IMG/VR virus record: IMGVR_UViG_3300021400_000491
Location: 1-64,000 of that record
Strand: one strand, 5' to 3'
Length of the DNA stretch: 64,000 nucleotides
From: a virus
Lineage: Duplodnaviria; Caudoviricetes
Part shown: in pieces, positions 62,226 through 64,000 of the stretch
How positions within the stretch are numbered: position 1 is the stretch's first letter
Layout of the letters: the number at the start of each line of letters is the position of its first letter
Made by a program: the position numbers and the translations under genes
The notes under the pieces: model-generated
Databases searched by the model: none
The model's input: the letters and a program-made list of their open reading frames with translations, nothing else
What the model was told of the DNA's origin: nothing

Positions 62226-63761
62226 GTGGACTTTTACACTGAAAACGACATTGAAAAATCTCTCTCCAATGTTTATGTTCCCATTATCATTAAGTCTTTC
62301 GGTGAAGAGGACGAGGACGGAAACTATATCTTTGAAACCGAAGCCTCTAATGAAAATCTTGACTTACAGAATCAGATTATCCAGCAGAAAGCACTCACAG
62401 ACAGTAAAGAATATTTCCTTTCAAACGGCGTAATTTCAGACGACCACCAGCACAAAAGATATGACGCAAGCGGCAATGTAATCAGCGATAAAACAAAGAT
62501 TATCGGCGAGCCTATTTCAGTAAGAACGGAAGGAACAAGAACATTCGTAAAAGGCAAGCTCTATAGCCATGTAGAAGCTGCAAAGCCTTTTATCGACCTT
62601 CTTAAAGCTCATTCAAGCCGTGTAAAGGCAAGCGTAGGCGGTATTAAGCCTATTGTACGCAAAAACAAGGACGGTACGGAAACAGTAACGGCTTTTTTGT
62701 GGAATGACTTAGCCCTTACTTGTTCGCCTGTAAATTACACGGTGGGTAGTGCCGCTTTTGCTAAATCAATGTCAAATGTCGATTTCTGTAAAGCACTTTC
62801 AGCAGGTTACGGAACAGACGCAGCGACAATGACAGGCGGAAAATGTTTGCAGAAAGAAGATTTTGAAGGTGGAGTAGCAAACAATACGCCGGAAAACATC
62901 TTGCCTAATGAGATTTCAAAAACAGAAGAAAACGACATTGACGCAATCAATGAGCTTATGGCGGCAATCGCTACAGGCGAAATCAAAACACCACAGAAAA
63001 TGACTTCTTTCTTGACTGAAAGAGGATATTCAGAGGAAAAAGCGCGGGCTTCTGTCCGCGAAATAATATCACAAGGGGGTCATGTAATTATGGCTAAATC
63101 TGTTTTGGAACAGACAAAGAATCTCCTTAAATCGCTTGCGGGTGGCTCTCCTAGCAATGCAGACGATGGCGAGGAGAAGAACAAGAAGCCGGGTGAAAAT
63201 GTACCACCAGAGAATAACGGTGGCGCAGGTTCAGACAATGGCGGTGAAGGTGGTAATGGTAACGGTGAAGGTGGTGCAGAGCCTAACAACATCACTAAAT
63301 CATTGCCGGAAGGTTGTGTTGACGCAACAGATGCGCTTGCTGCAATTCTTGCAGAAGTAAAGAAGAGCAATGACGCAGTTGCAGCACTCACAAAGCGCAT
63401 GGATGGCTATGAAGCACAGCAGGAAGATGTTTCAAAGTCTATTCTTGAAGTTGCCGGAAGCGTTGCGCAGATTGCAAACACTCCACTTCCTACAAAGACA
63501 GCTACTTCTATCCAGAAGTCAGATGTCGGAAATGGTGCTTCTGCAGGCGGAAACGGCGGTTCTTTGCGCCCTACCACAGAAGATTATCAGATTGTAAAAA
63601 GCGCACTCAATGCCGCTTTCAAGGACAGAGCAAACACAGGTCTGACACTTGAAAAGTCTGAACATCTTTCTTCTGCTTTCAACAAGGCGGTTCATGGCGG
63701 AAAAATCAGCCGTGAAGATTTCAACGAAATTTCGGGTTATGTACGCAAGTACAAAGCCTAA
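62226..63761 (+). CDS. Prohead protease / scaffold
   Basis: EASNE..DLQ..II, DDHQH, IIGEP, VKASVGG, LALT..PVN; directly before capsid. Confidence 0.8.
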   Translation: MDFYTENDIEKSLSNVYVPIIIKSFGEEDEDGNYIFETEASNENLDLQNQIIQQKALTDSKEYFLSNGVISDDHQHKRYDASGNVISDKTKIIGEPISVRTEGTRTFVKGKLYSHVEAAKPFIDLLKAHSSRVKASVGGIKPIVRKNKDGTETVTAFLWNDLALTCSPVNYTVGSAAFAKSMSNVDFCKALSAGYGTDAATMTGGKCLQKEDFEGGVANNTPENILPNEISKTEENDIDAINELMAAIATGEIKTPQKMTSFLTERGYSEEKARASVREIISQGGHVIMAKSVLEQTKNLLKSLAGGSPSNADDGEEKNKKPGENVPPENNGGAGSDNGGEGGNGNGEGGAEPNNITKSLPEGCVDATDALAAILAEVKKSNDAVAALTKRMDGYEAQQEDVSKSILEVAGSVAQIANTPLPTKTATSIQKSDVGNGASAGGNGGSLRPTTEDYQIVKSALNAAFKDRANTGLTLEKSEHLSSAFNKAVHGGKISREDFNEISGYVRKYKA

Positions 63762-63776
63762 ACAGGGAGAATACAA

Positions 63777-64000
63777 ATGATTTTTGACGAAGGTGTAAAT
63801 GTCGAAGGTCTGTTTGACAATGAAAGTCAAGCGACACTTGAAAAAGCTCTTTCCGCCGGATATGGTACTGATGCGTCACAGTTTACAGACGGACGCGCAT
63901 TGCAGCCGGAAGATTTGGAATCGACACTTGTAAATGTGCTTGATGTTTTGCAGGACGATTGTAAGGTATTCAATTCAATCTACCGTCAGCCGTCAAAGTC
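63777..64000 (+). CDS. Major capsid protein, 5' part (A511/SPO1-like)
   Basis: MIFDEG..LEKALSAGYGTDASQFTDGRALQPEDLE resembles KS.TTGYG..GALR.E.L; RBS AGGGAG. Confidence 0.8.
   Translation, partial: MIFDEGVNVEGLFDNESQATLEKALSAGYGTDASQFTDGRALQPEDLESTLVNVLDVLQDDCKVFNSIYRQPSK

Noticed and set aside
1-64000. CRISPR array, rRNA, IS element or stop-codon reassignment
   Set aside because: No spaced direct repeats, rRNA or transposase seen; genes are full length in code 11 and several end in TAG.

Overview
The window is a 64-kb slice of a large temperate myophage genome with no recognisable host genes. Paired spanins indicate a diderm host; a spirochaete such as Treponema is my unverified guess. Gene order: leftward early genes (1-460); baseplate module with a tail protein carrying 7 InlB-B/Listeria-Bacteroides repeats; tail fibre diversified by a diversity-generating retroelement (VR 11524-11636, TR 11809-11921, RT 12037-13056, no Avd, atypical YCDN motif); lysis cassette; displaced tape-measure gene; several repressor/antirepressor modules; DNA methyltransferases; tyrosine integrase with an apparently intact attP; YqaJ/RecT recombination and replication genes; terminase, portal and MuF; large polyvalent DarB-like head proteins; zeta-like kinase and HD hydrolase; prohead protease; start of an A511/SPO1-like major capsid gene. 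Most unusual observations: (1) a family of at least 5 promoter-proximal leader RNAs in which an upstream hairpin loop is exactly complementary to the loop of an intrinsic terminator, with a different sequence in every copy; (2) a second, orphan DGR-type variable region of another class; (3) an origin-like segment apparently moved out of the replication initiator gene; (4) a recurrent hydrophobic-x-K-[S/A] protease motif across head proteins. All alignments and family assignments were made by eye or from recall, without database searches.
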